Assembly (NCBI GenBank): GCA_964600655.1
Contig: CAZRMA010000001.1
Span: 1-42,861, forward strand
Length of the DNA: 42,861 bases
Direction: 5' to 3'
Source: an uncultured Ignavibacteriaceae bacterium
Lineage (GTDB): Bacteria; Bacteroidota; Ignavibacteria; Ignavibacteriales; Ignavibacteriaceae
This document shows, one piece after another, positions 18,197 through 26,301 of this stretch. Position numbers and translations under genes: made by a program. Below the pieces are notes generated by a model. That model did not search any database, was not told the origin of the DNA, and saw only the letters and a program-made list of their open reading frames with translations. Position 1 is the stretch's first letter. Each line of letters starts with the position of its first letter.

Positions 18197-19190
18197 ATGA
18201 ACAATAGAATTTTTAAAATTATTGCGACAGTAGGTCCTAGTTCTCTTATAGAAAATATTATAAAGGAAATGGACAGGTGGGGTACAGATATCTTTAGAAT
18301 TAATTTATCACATACTTCAATTGATGATTTAAGAGGTGTTATTGAAAAACTTAGATTATGGACCAAAAAGCCGATTTGTCTGGATACTGAAGGAGCTCAG
18401 GTAAGAACCGGAAAATTTTCAACAGGTCAAATTACTCTTCAAACTAATAGTTTAGTTGAAATAGTAGAATATAGAGACAAAAAACAAGATAACAAGCTTG
18501 CAATTTATCCAATAAAACCTGAAGAAATCTTAAAAGTTGGAGATATTTTAAGAATAGATTTCAATTCTGTGATTGTGCAAATAACTAAAATTGAAGAAAA
18601 ATTAGTTTTGGGTCGTGTAATAGAAGGTGGAGTAGTTGGCAGCAATAAAGGCATAGGTATTGATAGAATGCCATATCTGTCTCCATTTACTGAGAAGGAT
18701 CTTGCTGCTCTAAAAATTGGCAAAGAAATGAATATTGATTTTTATGCTTTATCCTTTGCATATCAAAAAGAAGAAATTATTTGGATAAGGGAACAATTTA
18801 AATATCCACTTTTTGTTATAAGTAAAATCGAGAGTTACAATGCACTTTCAAATCTAAGAGATATAGTAAAGGCTACCGATGCGATTTTAATTGATAGAGG
18901 AGATTTGTCTAAAGAAGTACCGCTTCAAAAAATAGGTGTAACTCAACGATATATTATGAACTTTGCTAATCAATTTGAAAAGCCTGTTTACGTAGCAACA
19001 AATCTTTTAGACAGTATGATTTCCGGACTACAACCAAACAGAGCAGAAATTAATGATATAACAAGTAACCTCTTTAACGGAGCGAAAGGATTAGTATTAG
19101 CAGCCGAGACAGCAATTGGCAATCACCCTGTAGAAGTTGTTCGAATGGCGGCCGGGGTAATTGAGGAAACAACAAACTATATGAGCTATT
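18197..19190 (+). other. Domain: pyruvate kinase barrel (A) plus cap (B) domain; the PK C-terminal regulatory domain is absent
   Basis: See the motifs listed for the CDS. The counterparts of the PK catalytic Lys/Glu (SKIES), Asp (DRGDL), Thr (ETA) and Arg/Asn/Ser (RINLS) are all present. Boundaries are approximate. Confidence 0.7.
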
Positions 19191-20395
19191 ATACTAATAT
19201 GAATATTCATGATTATATAGATAAAGTTTATGAGAATAGCCTGATACCACCCCATGGAGGAGAGCTCATTCAAAATTATGTAGAAGAAGATATAAAAGAA
19301 ATTGAAAGCAAAAATTACCCTAAACATTATGTTAATGAACAGACAGCCTTAGATATTGAACAATTGGCTACCGGTACTTATTCACCAATCAGGGGATTTA
19401 TGAATTTGAAAGAAATGTATTCGGTATTGGAATCAAATAAATTACTTGACGGAAATATCTGGACTCTACCTATTTTATTACAAATGAATAAGGATGATAT
19501 AGATTTTAAATTAGGCGATAAAGTTTTATTATACTCGAAAATAGATAAGCAATTGCTGGGAGTATTAACTGTAAATAATATAGAAAAGATCCAAGATTTG
19601 AATGTTTGCGCGGAAAAATGGTTTGATACGAAAGATGACAGTCACCCGGGTGTTAGCTACTTTAAAAGCAGAGGAAATTACATAGTCAGCGGTGATGTAT
19701 TTAAACTTAGACGTGGCAGCACGGAAATTCCATATGTATTGACTCCAAAACAAATAAGATCGATTTTAAGAGATCTTAACCTTGCTACTGTAGTAGGATT
19801 CCATACCAGAAATATAATACATAGAGGTCATGAATTCATTCAAAAAGAAGCATTAAAAAGGATTAATGCTGATGCATTATTTATAAGCCCTGTAATTGGA
19901 CCAAAGAAAAAGGGCGATTTTGTTTCTGACGTAATTCTCAGAAGTTATGAAAGAATGATATCTAAAGGTTTTTATGATCCATTTAAAGTCCTGCTGGGGG
20001 CTTTTAGCACATATTCCAGATACAGTGGACCTAGGGAAGCAGTTTTTACAGCATTGTGTAGAAAAAATTTCGGATGCAGCCATTTTATTGTTGGAAGGGA
20101 CCATACGGGTGTTGGCAACTTCTACAATGCAAATGCATCACAGGAAATATTTGATAAATTAGGCGATTTAGGAATTAAACCTGTATTCTTTGACACAGCA
20201 TATTATTGTAGTGTCTGCGGATCAGTTACAGATAACTGTGATCATCCTGAAGATAAAAGGACTAAAATCAGCGCTACTGAAATCAGGAATTACCTCATAA
20301 GTAATAAACGACCTCCGGAATACTTGTTAAGAACTGAAATTTCAGATGTTCTGGAGAATATGATTAATGCAAAAGAACAATTATTCATAAGTTAA
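18197..20395 (+). CDS. Fusion protein: pyruvate-kinase-like A/B domains (N-terminal) + ATP sulfurylase (sulfate adenylyltransferase, C-terminal)
   Basis: Single 732 aa ORF. PK-like motifs: IIATVGPSS, FRINLSHTS, CLDTEGAQVRTG, FVISKIESY, ILIDRGDLSKEVP, VYVATNLLDSM, PNRAEINDITSNLFNGAKGLVLAAETAIGNHPVEVV. ATP sulfurylase motifs: LIPPHGGELIQNYV, GFHTRNIIHRGHEFI, HFIVGRDHTGVG. Confidence 0.85.
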   Translation: MNNRIFKIIATVGPSSLIENIIKEMDRWGTDIFRINLSHTSIDDLRGVIEKLRLWTKKPICLDTEGAQVRTGKFSTGQITLQTNSLVEIVEYRDKKQDNKLAIYPIKPEEILKVGDILRIDFNSVIVQITKIEEKLVLGRVIEGGVVGSNKGIGIDRMPYLSPFTEKDLAALKIGKEMNIDFYALSFAYQKEEIIWIREQFKYPLFVISKIESYNALSNLRDIVKATDAILIDRGDLSKEVPLQKIGVTQRYIMNFANQFEKPVYVATNLLDSMISGLQPNRAEINDITSNLFNGAKGLVLAAETAIGNHPVEVVRMAAGVIEETTNYMSYYTNMNIHDYIDKVYENSLIPPHGGELIQNYVEEDIKEIESKNYPKHYVNEQTALDIEQLATGTYSPIRGFMNLKEMYSVLESNKLLDGNIWTLPILLQMNKDDIDFKLGDKVLLYSKIDKQLLGVLTVNNIEKIQDLNVCAEKWFDTKDDSHPGVSYFKSRGNYIVSGDVFKLRRGSTEIPYVLTPKQIRSILRDLNLATVVGFHTRNIIHRGHEFIQKEALKRINADALFISPVIGPKKKGDFVSDVILRSYERMISKGFYDPFKVLLGAFSTYSRYSGPREAVFTALCRKNFGCSHFIVGRDHTGVGNFYNANASQEIFDKLGDLGIKPVFFDTAYYCSVCGSVTDNCDHPEDKRTKISATEIRNYLISNKRPPEYLLRTEISDVLENMINAKEQLFIS
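19220..20395 (+). other. sat: Domain: ATP sulfurylase (PUA-like plus catalytic domain)
   Basis: Starts near LIPPHGGEL. Contains the HxxH-type motif TRNIIHRGH and GRDHTG. Boundaries are approximate. Confidence 0.8.
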
Positions 20396-20413
20396 AAAGA
20401 AGGAATACTTCAA

Positions 20414-20923
20414 GTGATAATTTGGCTAACAGGACTTTCCGGATCCGGTAAAACAACGCTCAGCAATTTATTAAAAGAAAAGCTAACTAAAGATGGTTAT
20501 ACTGTTGAGTGGTATGATGGAGACAGAGTTAGGGAAGAATTGAATATTGTATCAGATTTTTCAAAAGAAGGTATTCTAAAAAATAATCGTGAAATTATAA
20601 ATAGAATAAATAAAGTTAAAGAAGAAACTGATTTCATTTTAATTTCCTTAATAACTCCATATCAGGAAGTCAGGAACTATGCGAGAAAAATTTTCGGCAA
20701 GGATTATTTTGAAGTTTATATTAAATGTGATAAAAATACTTTAATAGAAAGAGATACTAAAGGATTGTATAAAAAAGCGTTAAACGGCGAGATAGATAAT
20801 CTTATAGGATTTAGCCAAAAGATCCCCTATGAAGAGCCTGCTAATCCAGATCTCATATTGGAAACAAATTTGATTGCTCCTGAAGAAGCAATAAGAAAAA
20901 TATATGAAAAGTTAACTAAATAA
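20414..20923 (+). CDS. cysC: Adenylylsulfate (APS) kinase
   Basis: 169 aa. P-loop IIWLTGLSGSGKTTLSNLL, YDGDRVRE and ISLITPY are the classic CysC pattern. GTG start 18 nt after the fusion gene, with aaagaagg upstream. Confidence 0.9.
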   Translation: MIIWLTGLSGSGKTTLSNLLKEKLTKDGYTVEWYDGDRVREELNIVSDFSKEGILKNNREIINRINKVKEETDFILISLITPYQEVRNYARKIFGKDYFEVYIKCDKNTLIERDTKGLYKKALNGEIDNLIGFSQKIPYEEPANPDLILETNLIAPEEAIRKIYEKLTK

Positions 20924-21014
20924 AATTCATAATAAATTCTTTAGGCTAAATCGAATTATAAATAATTTTAAACCGTTTGGGGAAAACAAATCTATTTAAT
21001 TATTATATCTATAT

Positions 21015-21050
21015 AAAATAAAACCTTTCATAAGAATATATTATGAAAGG
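21015..21050 (-). terminator. Rho-independent terminator (10 bp stem) for the first phosphatase paralog; may also stop the convergent cysC operon
   Basis: cctttcataa (21024-21033) pairs with ttatgaaagg (21041-21050) around a 7 nt loop. On the minus strand it is followed by ttttattttatat. It lies 30 nt after the stop at 21081 and sits between convergent genes. Confidence 0.6.
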
Positions 21051-21080
21051 ATTCAAATGTTTAGTAATATAATAATTCTT

Positions 21081-22550
21081 CTATTTCAATAAACTCATCT
21101 TCTTTGTTTCAAAAAAACTACCTGCAGTTAAACGATATAGATAAATTCCACTTACAACTGTTTCTCCTTCACTATCTCTTCCATTCCAATATATTATATG
21201 ATAGCCTGCTGTTGTTTGTTTGTTCACTAATGTTCTTACTTCCCTTCCCAAGATATCATAGATTTTTATTGTTACATCCGTTGCCAACGGTATGTAAAAC
21301 TTGATTGCTGTTGATGGATTAAATGGATTTGGACTATTCTGCATCAGTTCTGGCTCAGTGTTAGTAGTTAAATTCACGATTAAAATATTATAATATTTAA
21401 ATTTCCCATCAATATCTATTTGCTTAAGCCTGTAACTGAAAGAATTGCCCCCTGAGGGATTATCAGTATAAGAATATACTTTTGGTGAATTGCTATTGCC
21501 TGAACCAACAACAAAACCAATTTTTTGCCAGCCTGAATTTGATGACGATCTTTCAACATCAAATCCATAGTTATTTACCTCGGTTGCTGTCGACCATTTT
21601 AATTGAACAGCGGATGATTGGACAACAGTTGCTGTAAATGTAATTAGTTCTACCGGCAAAACCGACTTATTTATTGTATAACTGTCGATTAATGGATAAC
21701 CAGATGACACTGAATGAAATTCAAATCTTAGCGAATCACTTTTTTCGATAACTTTCAAGGCTCCATAATTACCAGCATATCGAACCATACTTCCGGTCAC
21801 ATATGGCTTTGAAAATCCATCATGTGAATCTCCACCCAATCCATCTATAAAATATACCAAAGTATCGCCGTCTGAATTATCATCTCTTAGGATACGTTCG
21901 TAATCATGGGCATGTCCATTTAATACCACATCAACTCCCCAATTTTCAAACGGCCACTGCATATATGAATTACTATCGTCATAACCTGAACTATAAGCAG
22001 GATGGTGAAAAAGTATAATCTTCCATTTTGCTGTCGAATTTGTTATCTGTTGATGTATCCATACAGCCTGATTAGAAGTAGAGGAAGTTCCGTCTGGCTC
22101 GCGTGTATCAGAATCTACAATAAAAAATTCAATGTCGCCTATTTGCTTAGTATAGTAATTTGGCAAATTAAAATAATTATGATAAGAATTTATGCTGTAG
22201 TCCCAATCGTGATTGCCTACAATCGGCCAGAAGTGATTGAATGTTGTTGTATCCGAGCCACCGTATGTGGACTCATGTGGATACATATACTGGTGATAAT
22301 ATAGGCCTACATCATCAGGATAGGAGTCCGTATATACATTGTCGCCTACCGTAAAAACAAAGCTGGGATACCAGGAATTTATCATTGTTGCCACGTCTCC
22401 TTCGTGAGTATCATTAGAACCCATATCCCCTACTACTGCAAAAACTGTTTGTGTTTGAGCATAGCAAATATGAGAAATCAAAAACAGGAACACAATAAAG
22501 ACTAATTGATTGAGATTTAAATAAAAAAATATATCCCTACATTTTTTCAT
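21081..22550 (-). CDS. Secreted purple-acid-phosphatase-like metallophosphoesterase with Fn3-like plus T9SS C-terminal module (paralog 1)
   Basis: 489 aa with a signal peptide. Metallophosphatase motif series of the PAP type: VVGDMGS, TVGDNVY, VGNHDW, LFHHPAYSS, NGHAHDYER. C-terminal LPVELITFTA...NNYGFDVER...MQNSPNPFNPSTAIKFY...YLYRLTAGSFFETKKMSLLK. Confidence 0.8.
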   Translation of the reverse strand: MKKCRDIFFYLNLNQLVFIVFLFLISHICYAQTQTVFAVVGDMGSNDTHEGDVATMINSWYPSFVFTVGDNVYTDSYPDDVGLYYHQYMYPHESTYGGSDTTTFNHFWPIVGNHDWDYSINSYHNYFNLPNYYTKQIGDIEFFIVDSDTREPDGTSSTSNQAVWIHQQITNSTAKWKIILFHHPAYSSGYDDSNSYMQWPFENWGVDVVLNGHAHDYERILRDDNSDGDTLVYFIDGLGGDSHDGFSKPYVTGSMVRYAGNYGALKVIEKSDSLRFEFHSVSSGYPLIDSYTINKSVLPVELITFTATVVQSSAVQLKWSTATEVNNYGFDVERSSSNSGWQKIGFVVGSGNSNSPKVYSYTDNPSGGNSFSYRLKQIDIDGKFKYYNILIVNLTTNTEPELMQNSPNPFNPSTAIKFYIPLATDVTIKIYDILGREVRTLVNKQTTAGYHIIYWNGRDSEGETVVSGIYLYRLTAGSFFETKKMSLLK

Positions 22551-22755
22551 ATAGTTAATTCCTCAATAAAATTATTTGAATACATTCAATAGAATTTATT
22601 AGATTAGATGTGATATAACAATAATGACTACTTGTTAAGATAATCAGTAAACCTAGATCCTTTAATTACACACTCCATAATTTAACGGTTAAATAATTAC
22701 TTGAATAATTCCTATTAGATTTTAGTTCTTATTTATAGATTTTGCTAAATAAAAC

Positions 22756-22769
22756 GATAGCTTTCTATC
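22756..22769 (-). terminator. Weak hairpin downstream of phosphatase paralog 2
   Basis: Minus strand gatag-aaag-ctatc followed by gttttattt, about 35 nt after the stop at 22805. The stem is short. Confidence 0.3.
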
Positions 22770-22804
22770 CTATAAATTATAAATAATTACATATCACTTC
22801 TATT

Positions 22805-24274
22805 CTACTTTAGGAAACTCATTTTTTTCGTTTCAGAAAAACTCCCTGCAGTTAAACGGTATAGATAGATACCACTTGCAACTGTTTCTCCTCCGCTATC
22901 TCTCCCATTCCAGTAAACTATATGATATCCTGGTGTTGCTTGTTTGTTGATTAATGTTTTCACTTCCCTTCCTAACATATCATAGATTTTTATTGTTACA
23001 TCTGTTGCCGCGGGTGTGTAAAATTTGATTGTAGTCGATGGGTTAAATGGATTTGGACTATTTTGCAACAATTGGGGCTTAGTTGTAGCTGTTAAATTCA
23101 CAGTTATCGTATTATAATATTTGAATTTTCCATCGAAATCTATTTGTTTGAGCCTGTAACTAAATGATGTTCCTCCGGTAGGGTTATCTGTAAATGAATA
23201 ATTTTTTGGTGAATTACTGTTTCCTGAGCCCGATACAAATCCTATTTTCTGCCAGTCTGAATTTGATGACAATCTTTCAACATTATATCCATAATTATTT
23301 ACTTCTGTAGAAGTGGACCAATTTAATAATACTGATGATGGAGGAACGAATCTTGCAGTGAAAGCGGTTAATTCTACAGGCAAAACGGCTTTATTTATGG
23401 TATAACTGTCCAGTAATTTGTAACTGGAAGTAACTTCATGAAATTCAAACCTAAGAGAATCATCCTTTTCAATCACTTTTAATGCGCCGAAATCATCAGC
23501 ATCTTGATATTGGCTTCCAGAAACATGGGGTGTGTTAATTACACCTAAATCGTCTCCTCCTGTTCCGTCCACAAAATAGACCAGTTTTTGACCGTCTGTA
23601 TTATCATCTCTCAGTATTCGCTCATAATCGTGGGAATGTCCGCTTAATACAGCATCAACTCCCCAATCTTCAAATGGCCACTGCATACGTGGATTACTAG
23701 GATTATCCCCGGAACTATAAGCCGGGTGGTGGAAAAGCACAATCTTCCACTTTGCGATTGAATTTGAAATTTGTGTATGTATCCAATTAGCCTGTGTTGA
23801 AGTTGAAGAAGTGCCATCTGGCTCGCGCGTGTCAGAATCTATAACAAAAAACTCAATGTCGCCTATTTGCTTGGTATAGTAATTTGGCAAATTAAAATAA
23901 TTTTGATATGCGCTTATGCTGTAGTCCCAATCGTGATTACCTAATATCGGCCAAAAATGATTGAATGTAGTTGTATCTCCACTTCCATATGTGGACTCGT
24001 GGGGATACATATACTTGTGATAATATTGCCCATCATCATCAGGATAAGAATCTGTATAAACATTATCGCCGACCGTTAACACATAACTTGGATTCCATGT
24101 GTTGACCATCGTAGCCACATCTGCTTCATCTGAGTTATCCGATCCCATGTCTCCAATAACTGCAAAAACTGTTTGAGTTTGTGCATAAGAAATATGCATA
24201 GCCGCTGATACAAAAATTACAAAAACCAGAAGACCAAATTTTTTATAAAACACAATCCTTCTTTTCATATACAT
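22805..24274 (-). CDS. Secreted purple-acid-phosphatase-like metallophosphoesterase with Fn3-like plus T9SS C-terminal module (paralog 2)
   Basis: 489 aa. VIGDMGS, TVGDNVY, LGNHDW, LFHHPAYSS, SGHSHDYER and the same C-terminal module. By eye it is roughly three-quarters identical to paralog 1. The true start may be the second Met (MKRR...). Confidence 0.8.
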   Translation of the reverse strand: MYMKRRIVFYKKFGLLVFVIFVSAAMHISYAQTQTVFAVIGDMGSDNSDEADVATMVNTWNPSYVLTVGDNVYTDSYPDDDGQYYHKYMYPHESTYGSGDTTTFNHFWPILGNHDWDYSISAYQNYFNLPNYYTKQIGDIEFFVIDSDTREPDGTSSTSTQANWIHTQISNSIAKWKIVLFHHPAYSSGDNPSNPRMQWPFEDWGVDAVLSGHSHDYERILRDDNTDGQKLVYFVDGTGGDDLGVINTPHVSGSQYQDADDFGALKVIEKDDSLRFEFHEVTSSYKLLDSYTINKAVLPVELTAFTARFVPPSSVLLNWSTSTEVNNYGYNVERLSSNSDWQKIGFVSGSGNSNSPKNYSFTDNPTGGTSFSYRLKQIDFDGKFKYYNTITVNLTATTKPQLLQNSPNPFNPSTTIKFYTPAATDVTIKIYDMLGREVKTLINKQATPGYHIVYWNGRDSGGETVASGIYLYRLTAGSFSETKKMSFLK

Positions 24275-24540
24275 AATCCTCCAATTTAATTAAATAGAGA
24301 ACACATAACAATTTTTAACTTTCTTTTATATACACAAAGGTGGTAAGGGCTACAATATTTGCTAACTATTAATTACAAAATACTTAATCCCATTCAAACT
24401 AATGTCATCCAACAACATTTTAAGAGATACCTTTTCTGCAATTAATTTCAACTCCAGGATTAGGTTTATTTCTTTCCTAAATAAAACAATGTTATATAAA
24501 TAATATTTTAACATTGTACAATAAATTTTCGACAAAAGGC

Positions 24541-24586
24541 AAAAAAAACCCCATCCCGTAATCCTATGTTATGAAAGAGATTGCGG
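24541..24586 (-). terminator. Possible terminator downstream of phosphatase paralog 3
   Basis: Minus strand ccgcaatc - 15 nt loop - gattacgg (7 of 8 pairs), then gatgggg and T8 (the A8 run at 24541-24548 on plus). The left arm ...aatctctttcataa resembles the left arms of the terminators at 12601 and 21024. Confidence 0.4.
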
Positions 24587-24608
24587 CATACAAAGTATTC
24601 CAAAGTTA

Positions 24609-26132
24609 CTATTTAAGTAGGTTCATTTTCCTGGTTTCGGAATAACTACCCGCAGTTAAGCGGCAAAGATAGATACCGCTTGCCATCTCTTCTCCTCTGC
24701 TATCTTGTCCGTTCCAGTAAACTATATGATAGCCTGCGGTTGTCTGCTGGTTAATTAACGTTCTTACCTCTCTTCCCAAAATATCATAAATTTTAATTAC
24801 AACATCAGACGTACTAGGAATATAATACTTAATAGTTGTTGAAGGATTAAACGGATTTGGCTTATTCTGAAATAATTGTGCCTTATTGGACTCTTCAAGG
24901 TTTATTGTTATTGCATCATAATATTTAAATTTTCCATCAACATCTATCTGTTTGAGTCTGTAACTGAATGAACTTCCGCCCGAAAGGTTATCAGTATAAG
25001 AATAATTTTTAGGTGAATTACTGTTGCCCGAGCCCGGAACGAATCCAATTTTCAGCCAGTACGAATTTGCTGATAATCGTTCAACAACAAAACCATAATT
25101 ATTTACTTCTGTAGAAGTAGACCAGTTTAATTGCACAGACGATGGTTGAATCAGTCTTGCTGTAAATGTTGTTAATTCCACTGGCAATACGGGTTTATTT
25201 ATTGTATAACTATCTATCAAAGGATAACCGGTTCCTAAAGAATGAAATTCAATCCTTAGTGAATCGTCCTTTTCAATTACTTTCATTGCACCCCAATTAG
25301 CATTGTATCGAACTACGCTACCCGGATCATATGGCGTAGCGAAACCATGCTTGCTTCTGCCGCCAAGCCCATTTGTAAAATACGGCAAATAAGTACCATC
25401 ATTGTTTTCATCTTTCAATATTCTTTCATAAACGTGAGCATGACCATACATTACTACATCTACACCGTAGTCTTCGAAAGGCCAGGTAATATAAGTTGTA
25501 TAACTCCCAGTCAAGTCGCTTGATGTATAAGTTGGGTGGTGATAAATAACTATTTTCCATTTTGCAGTTGAATTTTGAATTTTGGGTATCATCCAATTTG
25601 CCTGGGTAGAATTTATAATTGTACCATCAGGTTCATAATTTTTGTCAGAATCAATAAGAAAAAATTCTATATCACCGATTTTAATAGTATAATAGCGTTT
25701 ATTATTAGGTAGATACCAGAAATAATTGTAATAAAGATTAATATTATATTCCCATTCATGATTACCTAAAGCTGGCCAAAAATGATTTTCTGTAGTTGTG
25801 TCACCATTACCATATTCTGTATCATGAGGATACATGTATTGATGAAAATATTTCCCAACTGCGTCATTGTAACTGGTTACAGCATCATCGTATATATTAT
25901 CCCCAACAGTCATTACAAAAGCAGGAGCCCATGAATCTACCATCGCAGCTACAGCTGCTTCGTGTGAATCATTGGTGCCCTCGTCTCCTATCACTGCAAA
26001 TGTAACATTTTGACCAAATGTAAAATGTGAAGAAACAAGAATTTGAATAAAGATTATATAATAAAAGGCTTTGTACTTAAATTTTGTATTAACGCTTCGT
26101 TTGATAAGCAAATAAATATTATTCAAATACAT
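24609..26132 (-). CDS. Secreted purple-acid-phosphatase-like metallophosphoesterase with Fn3-like plus T9SS C-terminal module (paralog 3)
   Basis: 507 aa. VIGDEGT, TVGDNIY, LGNHEW, IYHHPTYTS, YGHAHVYER and the same C-terminal module. It is more diverged than paralogs 1 and 2. Confidence 0.8.
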   Translation of the reverse strand: MYLNNIYLLIKRSVNTKFKYKAFYYIIFIQILVSSHFTFGQNVTFAVIGDEGTNDSHEAAVAAMVDSWAPAFVMTVGDNIYDDAVTSYNDAVGKYFHQYMYPHDTEYGNGDTTTENHFWPALGNHEWEYNINLYYNYFWYLPNNKRYYTIKIGDIEFFLIDSDKNYEPDGTIINSTQANWMIPKIQNSTAKWKIVIYHHPTYTSSDLTGSYTTYITWPFEDYGVDVVMYGHAHVYERILKDENNDGTYLPYFTNGLGGRSKHGFATPYDPGSVVRYNANWGAMKVIEKDDSLRIEFHSLGTGYPLIDSYTINKPVLPVELTTFTARLIQPSSVQLNWSTSTEVNNYGFVVERLSANSYWLKIGFVPGSGNSNSPKNYSYTDNLSGGSSFSYRLKQIDVDGKFKYYDAITINLEESNKAQLFQNKPNPFNPSTTIKYYIPSTSDVVIKIYDILGREVRTLINQQTTAGYHIVYWNGQDSRGEEMASGIYLCRLTAGSYSETRKMNLLK

Positions 26133-26301
26133 TTATTTTTCCCTCAAATTTGATTTAAACTCAAAACTATTTTTATCTAAATGAAATAATTTATTTGCAC
26201 TAGCATATCTATAGATATAATAAGCTATAATAATTTTTTTTAACAAACGATTTAGGACTATTAGTGAGGATAGCTATGTATTAGAGAAATAATCTAAAAT
26301 A

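Noticed and set aside
17556-20162. Assorted short ORFs on either strand overlapping cysQ and the PK-Sat gene (17556..17861, 18172..18366, 18505..18723, 19097..19327, 19565..19753, 19877..20104, 19974..20162)
   Set aside because: All are nested in or antisense to long ORFs with strong family motifs. None has independent support.
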